A stretch of DNA of 34,761 nt from a virus (Duplodnaviria > Caudoviricetes): positions 1-34,761 of the IMG/VR virus record IMGVR_UViG_3300022876_000187, one strand, 5' to 3'. Below are positions 34,127 to 34,761 of this stretch, in pieces (positions within the stretch are counted from its first letter, which is position 1; each line of letters begins with the position of its first letter). The position numbers were made by a program, and so were the translations under genes. Under the pieces are notes generated by a model that was not told the DNA's origin, did no database searches, and saw only the letters and a list, made by a program, of their open reading frames with translations.

Positions 34127-34464
34127 CACTGGGTTTCCTTGTGAAGTGCCGATATGGCACATCGCTATGACTGCGTTCTTGCCTTCTTGTTCCAGGGGCA
34201 AGAAGGCGGCTCGGGGAGAGGAATGTAACAACGTATTTTTCGTGAAAGTGCCTTGAGCAAACGGACAGGTTTTTTGTCGGTGCGCTGTAAGGATTCGTAT
34301 GCATCCGCAGACAAAGGCCCTATATTCGCAGCCTGTCTGAATGGTTTTCAGATGATCCCGAATGGTTCACGGCCAGATAAATCGGCTTTCACAGCGCTTT
34401 TTTGCGGCAAAGAGATCCCAACGATCCAGATCCATCTTCCATTCCCATGATCAGAGAGAACGAG

Positions 34465-34761
34465 ATGATTCCTAAAGAAGCCAGAATTGACGTAGCCCTT
34501 GAAAAGTACCTGGCTGCCACGCCTTCCTTGCAGGAAGAAATCAGCGCCCTGAGCCCGCAGGAGCAGAAGCAGCAGGCCCAGTGGGCGTTCGAGGACGAAG
34601 CGGAGTCGCGCGGCATCGAGCCGTGGGAGCTTGTGCTGGAATTGATCGCCGAGTCGCCCGAGGAACTCAAGGCCATGCGGCTGGAGGTCCACCAGGAAGT
34701 CGCTGAGGCCCTGGGCATGGACCTTCAGGACTACCTGGAACTCAACGAAATCGACGACTGA
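34465..34761 (+). CDS. Host acidic hypothetical protein
   Basis: MIPKEARIDVALEKY...LNEIDD; alternative ATG at 34447. Confidence 0.75.
   Translation: MIPKEARIDVALEKYLAATPSLQEEISALSPQEQKQQAQWAFEDEAESRGIEPWELVLELIAESPEELKAMRLEVHQEVAEALGMDLQDYLELNEIDD

Overview
Bases 1 to about 33158 are the right-hand part of a temperate Pseudomonas-type prophage. The integrase and left end lie outside the window. The early region is lambdoid: a leftward operon with an FtsK-gamma protein, RecT, an ExoVIII-like nuclease and small ORFs, then a cI/cro/cII switch with 17-bp operators, a DUF1376-type initiator, a P-like loader and RusA. It is joined to a lysis cassette and a podovirus (T7/BPP-1-like) virion module: portal, scaffold, capsid, tubular A/B, internal virion proteins, TerS/TerL and a tailspike. 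A low-GC acyltransferase-3 moron and an att site made of a tRNA 3' end close the prophage, and two host genes follow. I see no phage RNA polymerase, N or Q homolog. The strongest unexplained signal is a motif, AATA-GTCGGGAAACCGAC-N13-xAxxxT, present five times at the head of late modules, which suggests a dedicated late-transcription system. Other signals are a duplicated covarying RNA motif in the capsid leader, a boxA-containing structured pL leader, a GIY-YIG domain inside the replication initiator and a tail-fibre-like segment inside TerL. All family assignments come from motif recognition and synteny, not database searches.
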